Assembly (NCBI GenBank): GCA_051362555.1
Contig: CM120645.1
Coordinates: 8,990,001 to 9,054,000 of the forward strand
Length of the DNA stretch: 64,000 bases
Origin: Lingula anatina
Taxonomy: Eukaryota; Animalia; Brachiopoda
Direction: 5' to 3'
A program made the position numbers and the translations under genes. Under the pieces are notes generated by a model. That model saw only the letters and a list, made by a program, of their open reading frames with translations. It was not told where the DNA came from and searched no databases. Positions 24,934-37,986 of this stretch are shown here, piece by piece (positions within the stretch are counted from its first letter, which is position 1; each line of letters opens with the position of its first letter).

Positions 24934-27642
24934 CAACGCATACCTCGGCATTAGTTACATTTGTCGTCAGCGCCATAATGGAAGAGCACTCATCATCCTT
25001 GGTAGTTGTTAAAAAAAGGAAACAAAAACAAAAAAAGGATTTGATAATAAATTTGAAAATCTCTGAAATAGGGCACAGAAAATAAGATAGGATTTGAGTA
25101 TGTGGACTGTGCTCATTTACAGTTTAGAAGCTCATACGTCGACGTAAGATTTGAATCGTCCAAAAATAATTGAGGCCTATAAATAAAAGCTACCAGAACA
25201 TCCGTTATAAACGGGTACTTAGTACATGTACGTCCCTTGAACTAGGGTATATAATAAACAGTTGCTGGCCTGTTGACAGGTTGACATTACCTGGTGTTTC
25301 CCCTCGCGCTCCATGTCACCCTCGGGTGCAGGACAACAAATAATAAGATTAAATCAGAGGGTTTACATATTGGGGTGGCGAGAAGAGTCTTTTCATATTA
25401 GAAGCGTGGGAAAGTTAAATGAAGGTCTTATTCATAACTCATGAGTATATTTTCGATATTAACATTAGCAGTATGATCCGGTTTGATGTCAAAATCATTT
25501 CCATTTGCAATATTGCATGCTCAAATCTTTAATTCATTTCAAGTTTTTTTTCAGATTCCTGTTAAACGACTTTTGACAAAGGATTTTTGACGCAAATCTT
25601 GTCTTCTGCTAGATCAAAATTGCACTGTATATACCAATTGTTATTTCACGCCTAGTAGGCCATACATTATGAAAAAAAGAAGAAATTGCACTCCCAATTA
25701 TTTGCAGTTACCTTGCATATCCTATTGTGTTTTGACCTTGACATATATCACCTATTTCGACAGGACAATTGAAACCAGTTCCAACAAATTGCCTTTACGT
25801 AAAAGCAGTGGCCTAGAACAAGTCCAGCTGGTGTCACACATATCTACCGGTAAGTTGTTTTCATGAAGATGTGTAGAAATAATGAATCGCTGAAAGTAAG
25901 ATCACTCGATGCAGGGTGTTAACAAAAAGTATGAACTTGTTCTAGAGTTTCCAAACTCTTTTACAGATATCATTTTGCTAATAGAGTCGTCAAGAGACGT
26001 TGGTGATCATTATGGTACTACGTCTAAGTTTTGGTTTTCAATAATAATCTAAATTTCCAAAATAAAAAAAAAAACTGACGTTGATTCAAAATTGATTCAA
26101 TCGTTATGTGTCCGCTGAGACGTTTCTCTTTATTACCACTGGTCACGTGATGTATCGAGCAGTGGGTGTGGCTGGGGGTGGGGGGGGGGGTGGGGAGGGC
26201 ACGGCTGCCCTTTTTGTCTTATATATTTTTAGAGCCAAATCAAATCTGACTGCATGCCTGCAATAAATTAACATGCTAAAATGGGCCCATCTAATTCGCG
26301 GCGTGTAAATATATTTTCTATTTTATTAATATTGAAAAATCACTGTTTCTTGCCTTTCCCAATTTAACCAATTATGACGTTTAATCGTGCTGGTATGTGA
26401 CACATAGTTTATATTTACCAAACAAATGAGGACAATATTTCTCAGCCGGTGAAAGTATGTATAACCTGATCACTCTAACTGACACGAAATAGTAATTTGA
26501 TTGACATACACAGTTGCATAAATTCGCTAAAAAAGAAAAATAAAAATTGGATGTAGGAATTGGATGTAGGAATAAAAATTGAATAGGAAATTGGATGTAG
26601 GTTAATGAATTTCTTTAATCTTTATGTGTCCGCTGATTTTTTGCTGTTCATGCAGTGTAGAAGTAGGGCAGAGGGGTCGAATTTCTTGTCGAGGTTGCAC
26701 CTATCAGAGTTTGGGCTGGAATAACAAATAGAGAACTTTTATGTACAAGCAGTGGCCCATAACTGGTTCAACTGGGGTGGGGCAAAAATGTATAGAAATA
26801 ATAAATCCTTAGAAGTAAGATCACTCAAGGTGTAAGGTTGCATTTAAGGTTAATCCATCAGAGTTTGGACTGAAATAGAATAAATAAGATTACTTCGTGC
26901 AAGGTGGTAGTGAAACGTATAAACTTGTTCTAGAGCTTCCAAACTTTTTCTACTAACAACATTGTGCTGAAAGATTCACGAAGGAAGATGGTGAACATAA
27001 TTATACTACTTTCTGGTTTTCTTTAAGAATCTAAATAAAAAAATTGTATGCTGATTCAACTTAGTGTCCTCTTAGCTTTCTCTTTTCGCCGTCACTGCCC
27101 CCCGTACGTACCCTGGAGTTGACGTGAAGAGTTTCCGACTTCAATTTGAAGAGCCTAACCACTTCTGACTGCACACCTGCATTATCATTGCACGTGACGT
27201 GGTTAAGGACAGTTAACTTGTAAGGTGACTTCATTGGGGAAAAGTATAATAAGAAAAGACAGGTGATTTAAAAACCCAGTGCAGGGGAACGGGGTCAAAT
27301 TTTCTCACAGGCGCAAGAGGTGACAACAGGATTTTACAATAGTAATCAGGGGCTTTTTTGCCCAAAAAATCGATACAGTCTACTTCATTTTTTATCAATA
27401 TGTATCAGTGACCCAAGTTGTATGTACAATTTGTGTGTTAGAAGGACAATATCTATTTACTAATAACGCATAAGCAAAGTTCGTTGAATCATAAATGATT
27501 AATTTTAAGTAGGATACAAATAAAATAGAATTCTCTTTTACGGTTCGTTGCGCCCATCGAAATATAAAAGACGGGAAAAGGGGTTGTTGCCACCCAGTCC
27601 ACTTTTAAAACAGCGTTATACGAACATACCGAGTTTCTCAAG

Positions 27643-28410
27643 ATGAACAACAACAAGTTGGTCGCAATCTTCTTGGTGGTATTACTGGTGGTCAGTTTGT
27701 CCACGGATTCGGAAGGTAAGTTGAAATGAAATACCATGCCATCCAAACGAGAGTGAAAGAATATGACTTTTTTAAAAAAATTTTACGAGCACATGTTATG
27801 ATTACCGTTGTACATGTGGCCTATTGGATGGCTTTCCAATATTAAACAACAGACAGTGGATCGCATTTGCAATGTAATAAGTAGACGGACAGTTAGATAA
27901 AATGATAAAGAGGAAAGCAATTTTTTATTGATATTTTGTATTTCTTTTTTAACACTTAATGTTTAGGAAGAAGAAGACGACGATATGGTAAAATTCGCCC
28001 AATTGAATCTGACTCGGTGCGTATGAACTAAATAATTAATCAATTAAGCAATTTGATTTTACTAACAGATTTATGCGTATCTAGATTTCACAGACTAATA
28101 TTTGCATCACTTAAAACTGAAACAATTTAATATCAGACCGTTTTGATAAAACGTGGGTACAAGCTATCATGTTTCTCATCAGATTATCTATCAGATTACT
28201 CTTTAGAAACCTGCGATATTCTGTATTCTCTGCGATAAAGTAAAGGTGTCTTCCCTAAATTAAATATAGTTATATGTATAACACGTACAATGACATACAG
28301 CACATTGAATTTTTGTGTAGATTGGCAATGAAAACTTGAAGAGGATCATGAAGAGGGCTGTAGAGGAATCAGATGAACAGGATAAAGAACTTGGTATCGA
28401 CGGAGAGTGA
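27643..28410 (+). CDS. Secreted Arg-rich peptide precursor, array copy A (70 aa)
   Basis: Exons 27643-27715, 27967-28016, 28321-28410: MNNNKLVAIFLVVLLVVSLSTDSE-GRRRRRYGKIRPIESDS-IGNENLKRIMKRAVEESDEQDKELGIDGE*. TATAAAA at 27563, AATAAA at 28519; splice sites conserved across paralogs. Confidence 0.85.
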
Positions 28411-29473
28411 TTTACAAACACCTGCTACCATACAAACCGCTCGAGACGAACCCAACGACACCTTCGCTGATCTAACAGTCGTGCCAGCAATTTATGCCAG
28501 AAATGTAGTACGTAACTTAATAAATACTATCAATTAGGCTTCAATGCACAAACACTAACACTGAAACTTTTACATTTAGAAACTTAGCTTTTTCCTTCTG
28601 GAAATATACGTAAGCCTTGGCCACGACAAACTAGCCAGCAATCCTGAACTTTAGTCGCCATCGGGAGATTTATACTTGAAGTGCTTATTCAAGTAAGTGC
28701 TGCTTATCTGATAATGATATTGATCAATTATCGGAAGAAAAAGATTGGTTTATCTTCTCATAATAATTGGAAGAGACTAAACCCTGTTCCGTGTAGAATT
28801 CATGGCACTGTGCGCTGATTGGTTACTTGTTTCCGCTCACTCTGGACATGTATGTGAGGCAAATATGACAATACAAGTGGTACTGTGCTTTAAAGGAAAT
28901 AACTTGTGCTTTCTTAAGTATAATAAATAGATAACTTGCTTGTACTTGTGTCTTTGAGAATTGAGAATCCTTTTTTATTTTATACCCACTGTCTTGGTGT
29001 TATCCGCGGTATGAGGACATGCATCCAGACTCGTAATTGTTGGTTAGAAAAATATTGAGTTAGAAAGATACAGATTAAAGATACCAAAGATTATTGGGAT
29101 ACACCAAGAAAAAACAAAAGCATAGCCTTTTTAACTTCGCTGTTGCCATATCTTACATTTTTAACGTACACCTTGTGTTTATTTCTTTCAAATATGAGTG
29201 CCACTCTTCTGTGAAATGCCATACTAATCGTAACTATATACAATCACGAAATTCAATGTAAAACAGAAATAAATCTTAGATATCGCATATTGCAGTCAAT
29301 ATATATATAATTTTGAGTGATTTTCAAGAAAATAAACTGCACTCCTACAACATCTACTTAAACGCCAATGAACTGCAGAGGGTATGGGAATGGTAACAGG
29401 CAATTATTGCAAATTGTTTAAAGGCTAATGGAAGTTGGAAGAAATAAATATTAAAATGTAGCCTGTGCACTAA

Positions 29474-29661
29474 GAGCGCATTTAGAACAGCGGACTAACG
29501 GATCCTCGGATCAAATATGGCCGACCAACTTGAATGCTTTCTGTGTAATCCCCGCGGAGAATCTATTTTTATAAAAGTGTCTCATCAGTAATAGGCAAGT
29601 TTTTAAATCGGTTACCATAGTTGATCCGCAGATTTGTTAGTCCGCTGTTCTGAATGCGTTC
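29474..29661. mobile_element. MITE family 3 (TAA target duplication), copy 1
   Basis: GAGCGCATTTAGAACAGCGGACTAAC...GTTAGTCCGCTGTTCTGAATGCGTTC between TAA/TAA. The same insertion occupies the paralogous site 49214-49401. Confidence 0.8.
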
Positions 29662-30162
29662 TAATTCCACCCAGTATTATGGTGGTAATGGAGGACACCA
29701 GGTTACCTCTGGAATGTCGTTAATGAATGTAATATAACACAAGGTGTCACATGAAATGATGTGTCTTTACAAGCGTATCCATGCAAAACGTGTTTCAGCT
29801 TCAGGGGATTAGGAGATAAAAACAACACACAAATATCAGAAAACTATATACCAGCATTATTTACAGCAGCAGGGAATTATGAAAAAAAGACTTGCAGTGT
29901 CAGATTATTTAACACGCTTCACATCAGAAACGAAGCCTGTGACTAACATACAATACGAAGTAAAAATATTGTGATTATAACGGTGACAGCTGCAGGCCTC
30001 AAGGTTACATCTGGCATGTCATTAACAAACAAAATGCATGACACAAGGTGTTTTACGAATTTTACAGGTCACGTCATAAGAAACAGCATTTCAACTTCGG
30101 GGGATAAGGAAAAAATCAAATTATTATACGTGAAAAAATAATTTATAATCTACATGCAGTAG

Positions 30163-33100
30163 TAGTCTAGTGGGATATCCACAAAAGATGAATAGTAGGG
30201 GCATTTTGGGGTAAAAGTTGGGAACCAGGCTTATTAGCATAATTTTGGGATGCTGAATCCGATTTACCCGGTTCCCAAGCGAAATTTTGTGTTTTTAACG
30301 GTCTAATTTGCAAAAAAGCAAAATGGCCGCCAGATTTCCTATTTTCTGCAATATCTCTGGGACTAGACAGGTGAACATGACAAATGAAGTGTCTTTACCC
30401 ATATTTTCAGGGTCGAGGAACATTATTAAGATGTTTCTGTTAGAATTAGATTTACGCAATTTTCCTAAATATGCAAATTAGGATCGCCATTACTGAAAAA
30501 CTGTTTTACTTCTGTATCTCTGTAACTAGGCAAGCAAAAATGACAAATGAAGTGTCTACACCTATGTTCTCAGGGTCAGGGAATGTGATAAATCAGATGT
30601 CTTGTCTTATGGGTAGCACTGACTTTGTGAATCGTGTCCGAGTAGCATCTTTTATTGTTTCTGCTGATAGTTAGAATCTGCCTTCAGAACTGCTTTTACG
30701 TTAACTAGGCAAGCAAACATGACATATGAAGTGCCCACACCCATGTTTTCAGCGGGAAAGTGATTAAGACATTTTCACTATAATCAAATCAGCAATGAGT
30801 GCTACACTGTCACACTGTAGCAATTATTCGAATCTGAATTGAATTTTGCAATTAAATACTGCGCTGCCATTGGGATGTAAACATATTGGATCACAAAATG
30901 GCCCCTTTTACCTAGATTTAAAAAAGATTACCGTATTAATGCAATGGAGGGATTTGCTGAATCAAGTAATTCATGTGATGCAATGTACAGACTTCACATT
31001 TAAAATGGATTTTTTTCAAACATATTTTCTTTGAATTTTTCCCATATATTAGTAATGGATGAAAAAACACTTGTTATCTTGTTCGATATGGCTTTAATAA
31101 ATCAACCCGTGTGAATACATCATCAAAAATTTAATTTAAATAATAATTTAATATTCAAATCAGCGTTATAAACAGCGCATGGATAATTTTAAAGCTGATA
31201 ACGAGGTATTACATTCTTATGAACTCGATATTATCAAGAATATCAGTTGGTAAGGATTTTCTCTGACACAAAAGAATCATCAATACAAATGTGAAAAATG
31301 GAAACTGATAACAATGCGTGCAGCCTCTTCTAGCTGCAACCAGATCCCTCATTCCATGCAGAGAGGTTTCTGAGAGTATGATCCAGTATTGTGTTACACG
31401 CATTAGCCAGAGCTTGCCTAAGCTTGTGCCGATTTGTAGGGTGGACGGGTAAGCTCTTGATTCTGCAAGCGATTTATGCCCACAGGTTTTCTATAGAATT
31501 CATGTCAGGGGAATTTCGTCGGCCAAGGCAACTGGTTTACCTCTTGGTTTTGCAGAAAAGCAGTTATTGCATGGGCATGGTGTGGTCGGGCAGTGTCATC
31601 TTGCAGGATGAAGTTGTCCTGGAAGTACCTTCTTGCAAATTGCAATCAAGTATTCTCTAAAATGTCCCTGTATTTTATCTGGTTGAGGTTTCCGTCAATT
31701 GCCACCAATAGTGTTTTGGCTCCAGAGTGGAAACCGGCCCATACACAGATACTGCCACGGCCACAAGTCACTGTAGTGTGACACAATCTTCGTGCAGTAA
31801 CTCGTCTGGAAACCTACTGACTCTGATTCAGCCATCGCGGTGGTGGAACTCAAACCCTGCCTCATCTGTAAAAATCTACATGAGCCCAGTGCTGTGCCTG
31901 GAAACGCAAATGGCGTCTATCCCACCATGTTGCTCTGTTCATAGAGTTAACCAGCTAAAAGTAGCCTTGCATTCACTAGAGTTCTAGAAACATGCTTTTG
32001 AATGGTAATTTGCCACTCATTTTGTACAGCAAGAGTTGTCTTTGTCCGGTTGTTGCGACATAACCGCAGAAGCAAGCGGTCTTCCCTTCAGGTGGTTACT
32101 TTAGGACATCCTGGCCGTGGTCTCTGTGTTAATGCACCAGTCTGGGCGTGTTTCTGTAAGACGTTAGAAACTGCTCCCTGGGACACATTCAGCTGTCTGG
32201 CAAGCAGTTTGCTTCTGTCCATTCTGGCATAATGCAACAATAGTGTGGCATGTTGCTGCCGTTAGTTCACATACCGTAAGGTCAGCTAAGAGTCTGCAAA
32301 ATATCAAACTCTTCTGACTGGACGTTGTCGAAATATAGAGACTTATTCTGCAGAACTGCTGCCCTTTTATACGCATTCTGTAACCAGCCGAAGAGGACTG
32401 CTCAGAGAAACTGCCACATATTACGTAAGGCGGGCCCTGACCCCCCCCCCCCCCTTCGAATTCTGGTCCCCCCTTGAAATTATAATTTTGACTAGCTGAA
32501 TCATAGTTGTAAACCATACCAAATGGCACCGTTCGCCCTCTTAAATACCAAAATTTTGTGTGGCCCTTCAACAGGCCCCTAACCCGTTGCCAAGTGGGGG
32601 GGGGGGGGGGGGGGGGGGGGGGGCTTTGCATCCGCGGACTCCCCCTTCAAATAAACCTGGATCCGCCTCTGCTCACCTTGCCTTATAATTGATGGGCAAG
32701 CACTGACAATTTCACTGGGAAAGCCTGACAATGCAGGCTGACACGTACGTAAGAGCAGTTCTGAAGGCAGGTTCTAACTATCAGCAGATTGACTTGTGTT
32801 TGACAGATACAGGGAAGAAACAATAAAAGGTGATACTTGGACACGATTCACAAAGTCAGTGCTACCCATAATACAAGACATCTGATTTATCACATTCCCT
32901 GACCCTGAGAACATAGGTGTAGACACTTCATTTGTCATGTTTGCTTGCCTAGTTACAGAGATACAGAAGTAAAACAGTTTTTCAGTAATGGCGATCCTAA
33001 TTTGCATATTTAGGAAAATTGCGTAAATCTAGTTCTAACAGAAACATCTTAATAATGTTCCTCGACCCTGAAAATATAGGTTAAGACACTTCGTTTGTCA

Positions 33101-33324
33101 TATTTGCCTGTCTAGTTCCAGAGGTATTGCAGAAAATAGGAAATCTGGCGGCCATTTTGTTTTTTTGCAAATTAGACCGTTAAAAACGCAAAATTTCGCT
33201 TGGGAACCGGGTAAATCGGATTCAGCATCCCAAAATTGTGCTAATAAGCCTGGTTCCCAACTTTTACCCCAAAATGCCCCTTGTCTCTTATGCAGAGCCT
33301 TTTTTCAAAAATCTCACTAGACTA
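30163..33324. mobile_element. 3.2-kb non-autonomous DNA transposon, Academ-like (TAG...CTA termini, 3-bp TSD, ~500-bp subterminal inverted arms)
   Basis: Termini TAGTCTAGTGGGAT / ATCTCACTAGACTA; TAG duplicated at 30160-62 and 33325-27; empty site CATGCAG-TAG-GAGATAAC in the paralogous spacer at ~49876. Arms ~30198-30700 and ~32748-33280 are reverse complements (mirror ORFs 30471+ and 32774-). The superfamily call rests on termini and TSD only. Confidence 0.8.
31280..32240 (-). mobile_element. Decayed Tc1-like transposase inside the Academ-like element
   Basis: Minus-strand fragments read RPGCPKVTT.REDR (HTH linker), FTDE, ILQDD, LPWP..NSPDMNSIENLW, with stops and frameshifts. Confidence 0.75.
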
Positions 33325-33924
33325 TAGGAGATAACATTAAAATTGCACTATTTCAAAACACCATTGGCAAAGGGTTGGCATAAAGATAAATAACTAATGC
33401 TTTGTAATATCGATTGTAAGTTTAATTGTCCTTTCGTACTGGCGTATTATTGGCGTGTCTTTGCAAGGGTGCACGTGATCGGGGCCAAGAACAGCTAACC
33501 TGTGAGGTGACACTTTTGGAAAAATTGGTGCAGTAAATATGATGCAGACGACTTTACAGTTCAAGTGCATAGCAAGGGATCGGGCTCGAATTTCCTCAAT
33601 GACTCATTGACGATTTTACCCCAGTGATCAAACTTTTTATTCTATTCTATTCTATTCTTTTTTATACTAATATATTTATATGAATAATACAAGTAATATG
33701 CAATATTTACACGTCCAATATTTATTCTAATGACGCATAAGCAAAATTTTGCATCACAAATTTTGTTTCACAGTTTATCATCACTTTTAGGAAAAGATAA
33801 ATGAAATCATATTTTGTCTTTACGGTATGTTTCGCCAAACTCAATATACAAGACGGGGAGAGGGACCGTTGTCACCCACTTTACTTTTAAAACTGCGTTA
33901 TACGAATATACCAAGCACCTCAAG

Positions 33925-34545
33925 ATGAACAACACCAAGTTGGTTGCTCTTAGTGGTACTACTGGCGGTCTGTTTGTCCACTGACTCGGAAAGTAAGCTA
34001 AAATGAAACACCATGTCATCCAAAACGAGAGTGAAAGAAACACAATACGGTGTTGATATACCTGGTAATGTTTTAGAACCTTTTTCTTTTTGGCGAAACA
34101 CTTTTGTAATATAACAAGCTGACAGACAGATGGACTAAATGAAAAGCAGGAAACATATTTAATTGTGAAATAATGTTTTGCGGTTTTTCCTTAAATCCGT
34201 GGCTGCAAGAAGAATAAGACTTATTGGTAAAATTCGCCAAATGCAATATGACTCGATGCGTATGGAATATGATGCACATCTATCACTCAAAATTGAAATA
34301 TTTCTGACTTTTTCGGGAGAAAAAACGTGGTTATTTGCCGGAATGTTTTCTATCAGATTATCCAGCAGAACACTTTTTAGGAATTTGTGAAACTGTTGTC
34401 TCTGTCATGAAGTAAAAAAGACAGTATGATTGATTCAAAAAAATGAAATTTATGCACTGTATAACGTGTACTAGGGCGTATTACACGATTTGTTTTTTTT
34501 TAAGATTAGAAAAGAAGATGTGAAGAGAACTATAGAGAGCAGTTG
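33925..34545 (+). pseudogene. Peptide-precursor array copy B, pseudogene (closest to copy G)
   Basis: 5-nt deletion (AATCC) in exon 1 gives TGA at 33982; exon-2 acceptor AG>GG (~34201); exon-2 donor GT>AT (~34256); exon 3 truncated at ~34545; TATA reads TATACAA. Relic exon 2 reads AARRIRLIGKIRQMQYDS. Confidence 0.85.
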
Positions 34546-34810
34546 TGTCCTCTTAGCTTTTTCTTTTCACCGTCACTGCCCCCCCCTACCTACCGTGGAG
34601 TGGACGTGGCTAGGCAGAGACAGGACAATGGTGTTTCAGTTTAAAGAGCCACACTACGTTTGACAGCATACCTGCAGTGAAAAGAAGCACTTGAATGGGT
34701 CCATATACATCTTTCCTTTTTTAAAAGTTATGAAACTTAAACTGATGCCATCCTTTGCCGTTTTCACCAGTTATGGCGTTTTGCCGTGCTGATATGACAA
34801 ATGGTTTATA

Positions 34811-36204
34811 CACACACTGGACAATAGAAGTGTCACCCCTACTGAACCAATACTTTGGGGGAGATAAATGACTGTGGAATAATATGCTCCTGGTATCATT
34901 TTATTAACATCAAATTTCACAAAAAAAAAAAAAAAAAAAAAAAAAAGCAAAATGAGAACAAAATATACATTCTACCAAGATATGCAGTTTCAAGTCCAAA
35001 ATTAGTACTTAGTGGCATAGCCACGTGACCTAATAATAGCTGCCAGTCTGCGAAGCAAGGATTCATATAATTGTCTGTTGCGTTCAGGGCTTATGCTGGC
35101 CCAAGCATGAAACATTGAATCTAACAGAGTTTGTCTGCTGGTTGGACGGGCATTTGTCAAAAGTTTTGACTTATCATTCAACACATTTTCTATTATGTTT
35201 GCATCCGGACTCTGGGCAGGCCACATCACCCTGCGAATTTCCTGTTGGTCGAACCAATAATCAACTGCTCTGGGTCTGTGACAAGGAGCATTGTCATCCT
35301 GGTGAACAAATGGCTAATTCCTGTCACCAAACATGTTAGTAATAGATGGTAGCAAGTTTGACTCCAAAACATCGATATATTTCAAGTAATTGATGTTTCC
35401 ATCAACCACTACCAAGTCACCAACGGCATGGATGCTGATGTTGCCCCACACCATGATGAATATGCTTCTCCGGGTTCGAAAATTCAGTGTATGTGGTTCA
35501 AATACTTTACTACCAGCAGTTCGCCAGCATCGGACCCTTCTGTCCATAGAGGTCAGATCAAAGCGACACTCATCAGAAAAACTATATAGGACCAATTGTC
35601 ATGGACTGTCCAGTTCCAGATCCTGTTGGCCCTAGTTCACTCTACCTTGCCTGTTTTGTAATGATATAAGAGGTTTCAGTCTGGCTACCCTGCTGTACAC
35701 TCTCTGAGCATGTAACCGACGCCTAGCAGTTTTCACAGACAGATTCTTATTTGTGAAATCGTTCCACTGACAAGCAATGTCGAACCTTGACAACCTGGAC
35801 ATAAAAATCAGTCGTCGGTCTTCACGGTCAGCATTTTTTCTTGGACGACCTATCAGTGGCGATTTGTCTCTTGATCCAGTGTTTCTATACTGAGACCAGA
35901 CCCTCTGCACGGTTCTGACTGAACAAACCAACTGCATCGATAGTCTGACATTGCTTATATTCCGCCTCTACGGATTAATAACTTGACGTCTATAATCGTT
36001 AGAAAATTGCCTGTATCTTGTCAATAGGAGGAAGACATCAATAACATTTGCTGTAAATGTACAAGACCAACAATACGATTCCATGGTACAGGGGTTCTTA
36101 CTCATTAGTCACATTATAAGTAAACCAGGCATTATAACTACCCAAGATCTGCCTTCTTTCAGTTCTCTGATTGAGGGGGTCACACTTCTTTTGTCCAGTG
36201 TGTG
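34811..36204 (-). mobile_element. Full-length, inactivated Tc1-family element (1.39 kb)
   Basis: 30-bp TIRs CACACACTGGACAA(T/A)AGAAGTGT(C/G)ACCCCT; TA duplicated; empty site GGTTTA-TA-TTTACC at paralogous spacers (~39540, ~43225, ~46320). Broken transposase: GRPRK..DR (35632-35937), FSDECRF/MVWG (35314-35595), HQDDNAPCH, WPAQSPDANIIEN...RGYATKY (35002-35229). Confidence 0.93.
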
Positions 36205-37209
36205 TATTTACCAGACAAATGTGGACAATATTTACTAGCCAGTCCAATATCATGCTCATGCACTCTTACTAGCACGTAATAGGTATTTCGATGCTATTTG
36301 ACAATCAGTTCCATGATACATATAATGAAATAGATCTCCTCCTCGGAATGTTGTATTATTAGACAACATATCTGTATAGTTTTGATCCGAAATATGTAAA
36401 TTCACTTATAACAAGTAAAAGAATCCATCGTCACTTGAAATGTTCATTGATTAAGTGTCAATTGGTGACGGAATATTCTTGAATAACTACCTGTCCTTAT
36501 ACCTGCTACAAACTTTTTGTTCTTGTGAATATGCCTGCATGGCTGCTTAACACCAGATTCAGGGATTATCACTACAATACAGAAAACGAAATATAAGAAA
36601 AATATCGAAATCATTCCTGTGTAATCCAAGTTATTGTAATAGCACCAAGTGGAAAAAAAACACAAATAAAAGAGCAGGCTCAGCTTATGCATGATGGAAG
36701 CATTTTAAGTTCAAGCGTTTCAAGAGTTTTACTCTTGATTATTGCACGTGAAACATGTCAAGGACAGTGTACTTGTAAGGTGACTTTATTGGGGAAAATT
36801 ATAATCAGAAAAGACAGCTGATTTAAAATGAGAAAAGGTATGTCACTTAAAAACCCAGCACAGGGGAACGGGGTCAAATTTTCTCACAGGCGCAAGAGGT
36901 GACAACAGGATTTTACAGTAGTAATCAGGGGCTTTTTTCTTAAATCACTCTACTTCAGTTTGTATTAACATGTATCACTGACCCAAGTTGTATGTACAAT
37001 TTGTGTGTTAGGACAATATCTATTTGCTAATAACGCATAAGCAAAGTTCGTTCAATCATAAATGATTAATTTTAAGTAGGATACAAATAAAATAGAATTC
37101 TCTTTAACGATTCGTTGCGCCCATCAGAATATAAAAGACGGGAAAAGGGGTTGTTGCCACCCAGTCCACTTTTAAAACAGCGTTATACGAACATACCGAG
37201 TTCCTCAAG

Positions 37210-37986
37210 ATGAACAACAACAAGTTGGTCGCAATCCTCTTGGTGGTATTACTGGTGGTCAGTTTGTCCACGGATTCGGAAGGTAAGCTGAAATGAAATA
37301 CCATGTCATCCAAACGAGAGTGAAAGAATATGACATACTTTTTTTAAAAATTGTACGAGCGCACTTTATTAATACATGTGGCCTATTGGATGGCTTTCCA
37401 ATATTAAACAACAGACAGTGGATCGTATACCGTCGTGGATTTGCAATGTAATAAGTACATGTAAATGGACAGATAGATAAAATGATAAAGAGGAAAGCAA
37501 TTTTTTAATGATATTTTGTATTTCTTTTTTAACCCTTAATGTTTAGGAAGAAGAAGACGACGATATGGTAAAATTCGCCCAATTGAATCTGACTCGGTGC
37601 GCATGAACTAAATAATTAATTAATTAAGCAATTTGATTTTACTAACAGATTTATGCGTATCTAGATTTCACAGACTAATATTTGCATCACTCAAAACTGA
37701 AACAATTTAATATCAGACCACTTTGATAAAACGCGGGTATAAGCTCTCATGTTTTTCATCAGATTAACAGATTACTCTTTAAAAACCTGCAGTAATCTGT
37801 ATTCTCTGTGATGAAGTAAAGATGTCTTCCCAAAATCAAATATAGTGATCTGTATAACACGTACAAGGGCATATAGCACGTTGAATCATTTTGTAGATTG
37901 ACAATGAAGATTTGAAGAGGATCTTGAAGAGGGCTGCGGAGGGATCAGACGAACATGATAAAGAACTTGGTATCGACGGGGAGTGA
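37210..37986 (+). CDS. Secreted Arg-rich peptide precursor, array copy C (70 aa)
   Basis: Exons 37210-37282, 37547-37596, 37897-37986: MNNNKLVAILLVVLLVVSLSTDSE-GRRRRRYGKIRPIESDS-IDNEDLKRILKRAAEGSDEHDKELGIDGE*. TATAAAA at 37130. Confidence 0.85.

Noticed and set aside
27235-27310. GGGGAAAA(G/T)T and GGGGAAC motifs upstream of the peptide genes as NF-kB sites
   Set aside because: They lack the YCC 3' half of the GGGRNWYYCC consensus, so they cannot support immune inducibility.
31391-32631. Cluster of plus-strand ORFs and a 155-aa poly-Pro minus ORF
   Set aside because: They are antisense to the decayed Tc1 transposase or produced by poly-G/C tracts.
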